A stretch of DNA of 64,000 bases from Phycisphaerae bacterium (lineage in GTDB: Bacteria; Planctomycetota; Phycisphaerae; UBA1845), in the NCBI GenBank assembly GCA_963666835.2, contig CAXXGO010000003.1:256001-320000 (forward strand). The letters run 5' to 3'. This document shows positions 55,705 to 64,000 of this stretch, piece by piece. Under the pieces are notes generated by a model that worked only from the letters and a program-made list of their open reading frames with translations, was not told the DNA's origin and did not search any database. The translations under genes and the position numbers were made by a program. The number at the start of each line of letters is the position of its first letter. The first letter of the stretch is position 1.

Positions 55705-58700
55705 CTACGGGCAAGTCTCCGGAGGAATGAACGGGTATACCGCCCCTGCGAACCCGCTCACGATCCGCTGCACGTCGGTCATGTTCATAACCGCGTTGGG
55801 CGTCAATCCATCCACGTCGACCCAGACCAGCGGCGGTGCGCTGGGAGACGCCGAGAACCGCTGGAGCGCCGCTTGGATGTCGCTCATGTTCACGATACCG
55901 TTCGGCCCCGTCCAAGCGCCGGTGAAAGAGCCTACGCAGTCGGCCCAGTATTTGGGAGCAGGCAGCGAGATTGTAGGTACCGTTAGCGCCGCCGAGTAGT
56001 GCGACTCGTCGGCCGGATCACCCGTGATGTCCAGCGCCTGCACCTCGTAGGTCATAACCGGCGCAATACCGCAGTCACCAACGTGGATTACCGCAGGCTC
56101 GGTCGACCAATCCGTGTAATACGGCGAAGTGTCCAGCCGGAAGATGTCCGCCGGATCTCCCGCCTGATGGGCCTTCACCCACCATTGGGTGCCGGTTGAC
56201 GTGTGCGTGACTCTCAGAGCCACTTGTGAGCCCGCGTTGCCCGGCATGAAGGAGATGTAGCGGTTCTTGGGCACCGCGTCCGGTTCGGGATCCGGTGGGT
56301 CAGGCACTTCCTGGAGATTGGCGCTGGTGATTCTAAACGCCATGTCACTCCAATACGTCGGCTGGGAGCCGAACCCGACCGAAATCCAGGATCCGGGGGG
56401 AATGGTCTGCTCGGCGGCCGGGCAGATGATCGGAGTCTCCGTCCGCTGCATCTCCTGCCATTTCCAGAGCACCGGAGCGCCAACATCAAGCGACAGAGCT
56501 GAAATATCCAGCCAGTAGATCTCACCCTGAATCTGCTCGAACGGTACTTCGAGGAAGTACTCGTACAGGAAGATGGGCTCGCCCTGGTTATTTACCAGTC
56601 CGGTCGGGAACTCGTAGAACTGTCCGACCATGATGTCGACGCCCCAGATCTCCGGACCCGGCAAGCACCACGGCTCACCGGGGAGGTTCGGGTGGATGCT
56701 GAGATGGAAGCCGGCCAACGGTCCCGCACCGGGAGACGCCTCGTATGAGCCCCACCAATGGATGTCGGTGACGAGTCCACCCTCGCAGATCCACTGATCG
56801 GCGATGATTATCTGACCACCGGCGTAGTCGTGGGCATGCAGACCCGAGTATTCCGTGCTGACGGGCTGATCCCACTTGATTAGTTCGCAGGCGTCGTCGA
56901 TCGTGTTGCCGTTAATATCGCCGAGGCACACGGAGCCGGGACCGCGGGACGCTCCGCCCAGATCCGCACAACAGAGCGGATCCAAATCAGCGCAGGTGCC
57001 GTTGCCGAAGCAGCACGCCTCGGGAACGGTACACATGCTGCCCGGCCCCATGGACGTTCCGCCAAGGTCGTCACAGCAAAGCGGGTCGGTATCCACACAC
57101 TCGCCCGTCGGCAGGCAACAGGCAACGGTCGTGTCCGTGCAGCCCGTCTGCGGACCCTGCGGAGTTCCACCGAGATCTACGCAGCACAGCGGATCCAGGT
57201 CCTCACACACTCCGTGATCGAAGCAACAGGCCTCCGGCTCGGTGCAAACCGTTGAGTTACCCTGCGGAGTACCGCCTTGCTCATCACAACAGAGCGGGTC
57301 AAGCATCACACACGTGCCGTCAGTCAGACAGCATGCCTCTTCCACCGTGCAAGTTGTTGAAGCACCTTGTGGCACGCCGCCCATTACCTGGCTGCAGCAG
57401 TCGGGATCCGCCATCACGCAGGTGCCGTCGCTGAGGCAGCAAGCCTCTTCCGGCGAACAGACCGTGCCACTGCCAAGAGGCGCACCGCCCAGCTCCAGAA
57501 CACAGCACAACGCATCTACATCAACGCAACCGCCACCCTGCGGGAGACAGCAGGCCTCGATACCCCGACAGAGAACGCCGGCGCCCTCGAACACTCCTCC
57601 TTGACTTGCACAGTCCGCGGCGGTCGTTTGAATGCAGGTGTTGTCGCCGAGGCAGCATGCTCCCTCCGGCTCACCTTCTGAAGTCAATACGAAGGCCAGG
57701 TCCCACCCCAACTCGATCGGATACCCGTCCCAGAACTCACTGCCGATCCACGGATCCGTCGGATCCGTGATTCGAATGGCATCGTCCATGAAGTAGTGCT
57801 CGCGAGTCTTCCAACCCCAGGGGAAATCGTACGGGGTGAGGTAGATCGCCCCAATGCTGATCCAATAGATCGTCGAAGCGGGGCCCTGATGGAACCACTC
57901 GCCCTCCGGAATGAAGAAGTCGTATCGGAAGCAACTGTCGACATCGACCATGTGCGTCGGCTCATAATCGCAACCTACCAAACGCTCGTTCAGATCCGCC
58001 CGATCTACGACCCATTCGTGAATCATCACCCCGGGGTGGCTCCACGGCTGGTCCACACCCGCGGGTACATCCGTCCAGATTCCGATGTGGAACTGGACCG
58101 GAGCCTGTGGGGGAGGCTCAATGTCCGCCCAGGCCCGGTACGAACCCCACCAGTGGATATCTGTGATGGGCCTTGGGTCGGTGCAGAGCCAATCATCCGC
58201 CAGTAGTTGCATTCCCCAATACTCTGACGGTTCGTCCCAGCCCCAGAAGCACTCCGGATACGGGGAGGCCGGGTTGAACATCGGTGGCTGAGACCACTTC
58301 AACTCGCGGCAGACGACGTCCTGGCAGGTCGTGCCCTGCCCCTGTGGATCGCCCCCGAGGGCAACGCAATCGTCATGCGTTATGTCGTTGCACGTGCCAT
58401 CAGGCAAGCAGCAAGCCTGCGGCAACTGCGGTGTCTGGCACGCGTCGTCCACTAAGTCCCCGTTACCGTCACCCAGGCACATCGTGCCGCCGCCTTGTGC
58501 CGTCCCACCCAGGGCAGCTCCGCAGCACATCGAATCAGCGTCCATGCAACCATACGGGAGGAAGCCGTCGCAGCAGGCCTCGATACTCCCCGCACAGACT
58601 GCGCCGGAAACCACAACCCCACCCGCCTCGTCACAGCAAAGCGGGTCGAGCATTCGACAGGCTCCGTCGCCCAGGCAGCACGCCTCCACCGTTCCGGTGC

Positions 58701-59606
58701 ACATCGCGCCTTGCGGGATGCCGCCGATTGCCACGCAATCACCGGCATCGATGTCGATGCAAGTTCCGTCCGGCAGACAGCAGCCATCCACCGCCCGCGG
58801 GGGCGTAACCCAGTGGTGCCCCGCGCCGCCGGCGTTTAGAAGGCCTTGTACGAAGACGCCGGGCAGCGGAAAGAACTCGTTCTCCGGGAAGCACGCCAAC
58901 AGGGACGGGAATGCCGTCCACGGATAAGGCTCGATGCTCTCAAGCAGGATAGGATCCGGAGAATCCAGAATCAGCTCGGTCCCACCATCGACCGGCGTGA
59001 ACACGAACCTCGGGTACACGTAGATTCCACCGCCCTCCATGCTATTGAAGGTGTATAGCCCCGAGTCGATCCCATCCCAGTAGATCATCATACTGCCCGA
59101 CGACGGCGTCGCCGGGTTGATCGTCACGAACACATCGAAGAAAGAGTCGATCCCACCGTCGTAGGTCACAACGATGGGCTCGAGGCTGACCAAGCTTAAT
59201 TCCACCATCTCGATCGGAACCAAGGCCGGGCCGGGATACAAAGCCTCGGTCAAGCGATTGACCAGGGTGCTCACCGCTCCGGATACCCTGGAAGCGGCTC
59301 GCCGCGAAGGACGACAGTGCCCTCAAACGGGTCCGAACCGGGACCGAAGAAATCGGCGGGAATCGGCGGCACCTCGTTCGCACCCATGCCGAAGACGACA
59401 AACGTCGGCGTCGGGGTCCCGTCGGGCAACTGGGCCGAAGTCTCCCAGCAGTCCTGGCCCGGAGGAATAATCTGCGCGTGCGCCCCGGAGGCCGCCGCTA
59501 ACAGAACGATTGCGAGTAGGCCGAGAGCTCTCGGGCCCCACCCGGTGAAGCGTTGCCCGAGAGAGCTTCCTCTCGGACGGCAATAGGTAAACTCCTGGAT
59601 TGACAT
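55705..59606 (-). pseudogene. Giant secreted Cys-rich modular protein split by a 1-nt frameshift near 59280 (true lesion or sequencing error)
   Basis: The 59271..59606 ORF carries the RBS, signal peptide and PIPADFFGPGSDPF; the 55705..59274 ORF continues (STLVNRL...VPIEMVELSLVS) with 11 ACCxxxGxC repeats, two KWxQP...ADxW...DIHWWGSY domains and a dockerin-like end. Confidence 0.75.
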
Positions 59607-59675
59607 GACTGACTCCTTCCTCACTTGTCACGTTTGCCAACGGGCAGAATGGCGACGACAGACTATGGACGCTTG

Positions 59676-59691
59676 CCACGGCGTTCGCACC
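59676..59691 (-). promoter_or_regulatory. Conserved leader motif GGTGCGAACRCCGTGG, copy 2
   Basis: 15/16 identical to 20577-20592. Confidence 0.55.
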
Positions 59692-59769
59692 AGACGATCG
59701 AACCCGGTTCGTACAACGCCGACCGTAATCCGTAACAGAGAGGGCGCCGGAGCGCATCCCCTCTGAACC

Positions 59770-59789
59770 TCTATAGACGCGTCTATAGA
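59770..59789. promoter_or_regulatory. Perfect 20-bp palindrome, candidate operator
   Basis: TCTATAGACGCGTCTATAGA is its own reverse complement. Confidence 0.4.
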
Positions 59790-60145
59790 CTTCCTGACGC
59801 GCAGGCGGACCGATTTCTCGGGCGGCAGACGGGACTGACGCGACACGCGCACACCACCCCCGAACAGCGGCCAAACACGACGGATTTGCTCCATTCGTCG
59901 AAGTCGCCCCGGTCCATCATTTGATTAGTATCCCAGATTGCTCACCCTCATGTAAAGAGAAATCGCCAAGACGCTTGTATTGTCGGGAGTTCGCCGGCAA
60001 TCACCAGCATTTCCTTCTCTACTGATACGGGTCGGCGGCCGGATCTGGCGGTATGCGAACCTACCCGGTCGGGTCGCTGAAATTCAGAGCGAGTGGAACT
60101 GTGCGATTGTTCTTCATGTCGGGCAAGAACCGGAGAATCTGCATG

Positions 60146-60817
60146 TTAATGCAGCTCTGCTGACGGGCAGAGGGCCGAAAGCTCGCATTCTCGGCAGCGC
60201 GGAGCGCGTGCAGTGCAAACTAGACGGCCGTGCAGGATCAGAGCGTGCCCCAGAAAGGTCCATTGCCGACGCGGGATGATCTTCATCAGATCCTGCTCGA
60301 TCTTGACGGCATCCTTCCCGTTCTTGCTGGTCCACGTGAGCCCCAACCGAGTAGCCAACCGCCCGACGTGGGTGTCTACGACCATCCCTTCGTTGATCCC
60401 GAAGGCCGTTCCGAGGACTACGTTGGCGGTCTTTCTGGCCACTCCCGGCAGAGCGGTCAACTCCGCCATCGTGCTGGGGACATGTCCATCGAAGTCCTCG
60501 ACGATCTTGCGGCTTGCTTCCTGGATACTCTTGGCCTTCTGCCGGAAGAACCCTGTCGACCGAACGAGCTCCTCGACCTTCTCGCGAGGAGCCTCCGCCA
60601 GCGATTGCGCATCCCGGAAACGCTTGAACAGGACCGGTGTCACCTGATTGACAGTTCGATCTGTGGACTGAGCCGACAGAATCGTCGCCACCAGGAGCTG
60701 CCAAGGGTTGTCATGTGCGAGGGCGCAGTCCGCTTCCGGATACAGTTTGTGCAAACCGCTTAAGACCCTTCCGGCCCGCCTTTTGCGCGATTCGGCGGTT
60801 TCTGTACTCGCGGGCAT
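60146..60817 (-). CDS. nth: Endonuclease III
   Basis: LVATILSAQSTD, HhH LPGVARKTANVVL, VVDTHV, CTARAPRCRECELSALC 4Fe-4S motif; AAGGAGG RBS. Confidence 0.95.
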   Translation of the reverse strand: MPASTETAESRKRRAGRVLSGLHKLYPEADCALAHDNPWQLLVATILSAQSTDRTVNQVTPVLFKRFRDAQSLAEAPREKVEELVRSTGFFRQKAKSIQEASRKIVEDFDGHVPSTMAELTALPGVARKTANVVLGTAFGINEGMVVDTHVGRLATRLGLTWTSKNGKDAVKIEQDLMKIIPRRQWTFLGHALILHGRLVCTARAPRCRECELSALCPSAELH

Positions 60818-61203
60818 TGTTGTCTGCCTCCTTGGGGTGGATTCGCTCAAGAGCCGCAACGGAACTCGACCAACTCCCCCGTCCCGTTGAAGCCCGCCGA
60901 CTTCACGGGCGTTGCGTGTTTGTCCGACTCCGAATACTCATTCGGCTGACCGCGTTCTCTCCGAACCACTCGGCTCGTTTGGCCCGGCTTACCCACATCT
61001 AAGCTCCCGGCTGCCGATAAGGTGAACCTGAGCAGCGCAAGGTCGGCATGGTACCGTACGACGTCGCGGATGGATATCGCCTTGGTCACCGATACGGACT
61101 TTCACCCGGCAGCCTCTCGCTGGTCAAGATTGCGGGCGATGGTTAGTCTACTCAACTTTCGGGAGTGGAGGCGGGACTCTGCCTTGTTTTGAGAGTCAAT
61201 CTG

Positions 61204-62775
61204 ATGCCTGGTTTGCTTAGGCCATCGGCACGTGTTCCACGGGGCTCGACCACCGGTCCGCCGTGGGGACGAGCCGGATTGTGGGTAGCCGCGTTGGCGC
61301 TTAGCCTGGCCGCGGTGGGCATGGTCTTCGTGGTCCGTCAGGTCAAGTCGCTGACCGGAATGCTGCAGACGCAAGCCCAACTTAGGGCCACCCAGATCGC
61401 CGAAACCGCGCGGACGCTTGCCGACCGCCAGGTTGATTCCGTATTGCGAGAGGTTGTCGGGCACCTCCAGATGCGATCCGGGGATCCGTGGGTCCCTGGC
61501 GGGGATTGGCCGGGGTGGATCGACGGAGTCTTCGCGCACGAGGGCACCAAGATCTACACTATAGCCGAGCCTGGACTTCCGGGCGCAGAGCTCTCAGATT
61601 GGCTCAACGCTCAGCTCCTTGAAATACTGCGGAGACCCGATTCCGAGGCGGAGGGGGTCGGCAGAGACGTGATATTCGGCTCGGTGGAAGGGCAATCGCG
61701 GGTCCTTGTGTGTCGGCGCTACCGAACCGCCGCGGCAGGCTCGGGGGTCGCCGCACTGATGTTCCAGCCCGAGCGCCTGCGGGAGAATCTCGTTGAGCCT
61801 TTGCTTTCGGGACGTGACGGGCTCGAACTCGTGGAGCCGACCGGGGTCGCCAGACCTTGGTCTCAGCCGATGTTCGGTTTGGTGCGGTTCTGGGAGATAC
61901 AACCGACTCCTGACTCTCTTCGCCAACAACGATCAACGGTAATCGGGCATACCTTGGCATACGTGAGCCTGACGATTCTCGCGATGGCTACGTTGCTGGT
62001 GGCCGTCGCGTACCTTGGTCGACTGGCGCAGCGGGAGGTCGCCCTGGCGGAGATGAAGGCTAACTTCGTGGCCGACGTATCCCACGAATTGAAGACTCCG
62101 CTGGCGACGATCCAACTATTCAGCGAGACTCTCCAATCGGGGCGCGCTTCAACGGAGGAGAAACGGCAGGAATACTATGCCGTTATCTCACGGGAGACGG
62201 TCCGACTGACGAATCTCATCAACAACATCCTCGATTTCTCTCGGATTGAAGCAGATCGCCGCGAGTACACTCTGAAACCGACGGATCTTCGCGAGGTTAT
62301 TCGAGAAACGTACGAAAGCTACGTGCCTCAACTGGACCACCACCATTTCCAACACCGCCTCGTCATGTCAGATTCTCTGCCGCTGGTCGACGCAGATCGG
62401 GACGCTATCGCCCAAGTCGTATTGAATCTGATGAACAACACCTTGAAGTACTCCTCTGACGATCCGGACCTGACGATTGACGTAGCATGCGATACTCGGA
62501 GGGACCACCAGGGGGTGCTGATCTCGTTTCACGATCGTGGGATTGGTATTCGCCCCGAGGACCACGCCCGTCTGTTCGAGGGGTTTTTCCGGGCGGCGGA
62601 TTCGCGCGTCCGGCAGCGCGGGGGGACCGGGCTGGGCTTGGCGCTGGTCAAGCACATTGTCGAGGCCCACGGCGGGTCTATCCAGGTTGAATCAAGACTG
62701 GTCAAGGGTACTACTTTTCGGATATTCTTACCTGCTTCGGAGAGTACCGAATCGTCGAACGGGTCTAGTAGTTGA
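61204..62775 (+). CDS. Membrane sensor histidine kinase
   Basis: Two TM segments; VSHELKTPL H-box, NLMNNTLKYS, DRGIGI, LFEGFFR, GGTGLGL; start uncertain. Confidence 0.92.
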   Translation: MPGLLRPSARVPRGSTTGPPWGRAGLWVAALALSLAAVGMVFVVRQVKSLTGMLQTQAQLRATQIAETARTLADRQVDSVLREVVGHLQMRSGDPWVPGGDWPGWIDGVFAHEGTKIYTIAEPGLPGAELSDWLNAQLLEILRRPDSEAEGVGRDVIFGSVEGQSRVLVCRRYRTAAAGSGVAALMFQPERLRENLVEPLLSGRDGLELVEPTGVARPWSQPMFGLVRFWEIQPTPDSLRQQRSTVIGHTLAYVSLTILAMATLLVAVAYLGRLAQREVALAEMKANFVADVSHELKTPLATIQLFSETLQSGRASTEEKRQEYYAVISRETVRLTNLINNILDFSRIEADRREYTLKPTDLREVIRETYESYVPQLDHHHFQHRLVMSDSLPLVDADRDAIAQVVLNLMNNTLKYSSDDPDLTIDVACDTRRDHQGVLISFHDRGIGIRPEDHARLFEGFFRAADSRVRQRGGTGLGLALVKHIVEAHGGSIQVESRLVKGTTFRIFLPASESTESSNGSSS

Positions 62776-62865
62776 TTCCGGTGCTCCCGGCGGAGAGCGG
62801 AGTACTTGCGACGAGGTTGACTCTACTGTTTGCCATTTGCACGTTTCCACGGGAGGTTTGCTCGC

Positions 62866-63546
62866 ATGCCTAAGATCCTGGTAGCCGAAGACGAAGCTGA
62901 CATCGCCATGGGGTTACGCGATAATCTGGAGTTTGAGGGCTACGAGGTAATCGTGGCCACGGACGGCGAAGCTGCCTTGGAGGCTGCATCCGAACAGAGT
63001 CCGGACTTGGCGCTCCTTGACATAATGATGCCCAAAATGGATGGCCTGGAGGTCTGCCGCCGGATTCGACAGGCCGGCTTCATGATCCCCATCCTCATGC
63101 TCACCGCCCGAAGCCAGGAAATCGACATCATCCGTGGGCTTGAGGTGGGCGCGGATGACTACATCACTAAGCCGTTCAGCGTTCGCGAGGTTCTCGCCCG
63201 CATCAAGGCGGCGTTGCGGCGAACCGGGGCGGCTAAGGGGCTTTCCCGCACCCTCCGCATCGGGGAAACCGAGGTCGACCTGATCAAGGGCAACGTGGAA
63301 CGAGGGGACGAGCGGTTCGATCTTGGCCACTTCGAGCTGGAGATCCTCAAGATGCTGGTAGAGAACGCTGAGGCCCCCGTGGAACGTAATAAGCTCCTGG
63401 ATGTCATCTGGGGACTGGAGGGCTTCCCGGCCACCCGGACGGTGGATAACCACATCGTCAGCTTGCGTCGGAAAATCGAGCCCGACCCCAAACACCCGCG
63501 GCACATCGTCACCGTTCACAGCATCGGGTACAAGTTCGTGCCGTGA
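62866..63546 (+). CDS. OmpR/PhoB family response regulator
   Basis: ILVAEDE, LLDIMMP, MLTA, GADDYITKPF, RTVDNHIVSLRRKIE, TVHSIGYKF. Confidence 0.95.
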   Translation: MPKILVAEDEADIAMGLRDNLEFEGYEVIVATDGEAALEAASEQSPDLALLDIMMPKMDGLEVCRRIRQAGFMIPILMLTARSQEIDIIRGLEVGADDYITKPFSVREVLARIKAALRRTGAAKGLSRTLRIGETEVDLIKGNVERGDERFDLGHFELEILKMLVENAEAPVERNKLLDVIWGLEGFPATRTVDNHIVSLRRKIEPDPKHPRHIVTVHSIGYKFVP

Positions 63547-63635
63547 GAGGGGAGATTCGGCGGGGGGAATCGAATCCGGCGCAATTGGCTTGAGGGCCGA
63601 CAGTTATCGCACCGCTCGCGGTTAGAATCTGCGGC

Positions 63636-63664
63636 TTGACAGGATGAAAGCGGGGGCTTAGGTT
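63636..63664 (+). promoter_or_regulatory. Sigma70-type promoter of rpmF-plsX
   Basis: TTGACA-N17-TAGGTT. Confidence 0.6.
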
Positions 63665-63768
63665 ACGCGATCTGAGCCACAGTCAGACGCGGTACAGGCC
63701 GAGTTTGGCGGCTGCAGTAGGGGCGGCGTTTTTACTCTTTGTTTGGCAAGACTTGTGTTGAGTGGGTT

Positions 63769-63954
63769 ATGGTTCCCGTAAAGAAGAAATCCAGGTGTCG
63801 GACTCGTACGCGCCGTGCTCATCATGCTCTGCGTCCGGTGACTCTTAGCGCTTGCCCGAAGTGCGGCAAGCCCAAGCTACCTCATTCCGCATGTTCGGTT
63901 TGTGGATACGTCAGTGCCAAGCTGGTACTACCGGTCGGTGAGAAGGAGGAGTAA
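63769..63954 (+). CDS. rpmF: 50S ribosomal protein L32
   Basis: MVPVKKKS..RTRTRRAH, CPKC...PHSACSVCGY; directly upstream of plsX. Confidence 0.93.
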   Translation: MVPVKKKSRCRTRTRRAHHALRPVTLSACPKCGKPKLPHSACSVCGYVSAKLVLPVGEKEE

Positions 63955-64000
63955 TGCCCGTTCGGGTAGCGGTGGACGCCATGGGTGGCGATCACGCTCC
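63954..64000 (+). CDS. plsX: Phosphate acyltransferase PlsX, 5' end only
   Basis: MPVRVAVDAMGGDHAP; TAATG overlap with rpmF; conserved rpmF-plsX order. Confidence 0.9.
   Translation, partial: MPVRVAVDAMGGDHA

Noticed and set aside
60847..61089. 80-aa minus-strand ORF between nth and the kinase
   Set aside because: No RBS or recognisable motif; likely a chance ORF in a divergent promoter region.

Overview
GC-rich bacterial chromosomal window. Gene content (dockerin-like and Cys-rich exoproteins, PEGA lipoprotein, an EDGPTATEY-type Flp pilin) points to Planctomycetota, probably Phycisphaerae; this is inference. Housekeeping genes include uppP-pgsA-rimO, cobB, rpmE-prfA, asnB, pepF, DUF47-pit, an M42 peptidase, nth, a two-component pair and rpmF-plsX. 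Between them lie (i) a divergent pair of coiled-coil genes, one a ~1420-aa rod with a 53-residue super-repeat and a basic/aromatic C-terminal tail; (ii) at least seven large secreted Cys/Asp-rich modular proteins with cohesin-like, dockerin-like, HYR, beta-helix and TSP3-like modules, including a lipoprotein with an Asn-substituted phospholipase A2-like domain; and (iii) several REP-like elements plus an internally deleted RAYT/IS200-type element. The two largest exoprotein genes, 39 kb apart, share an unnamed two-hairpin motif just upstream of their RBS. One of them is split by a one-base frameshift. Four coding regions are not called as such in the ORF track: a window-edge coiled-coil gene, a 27-aa membrane peptide, a 59-aa Flp pilin and the start of plsX. 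I saw no rRNA, tRNA or CRISPR array. All family calls come from motif recognition, not database searches.
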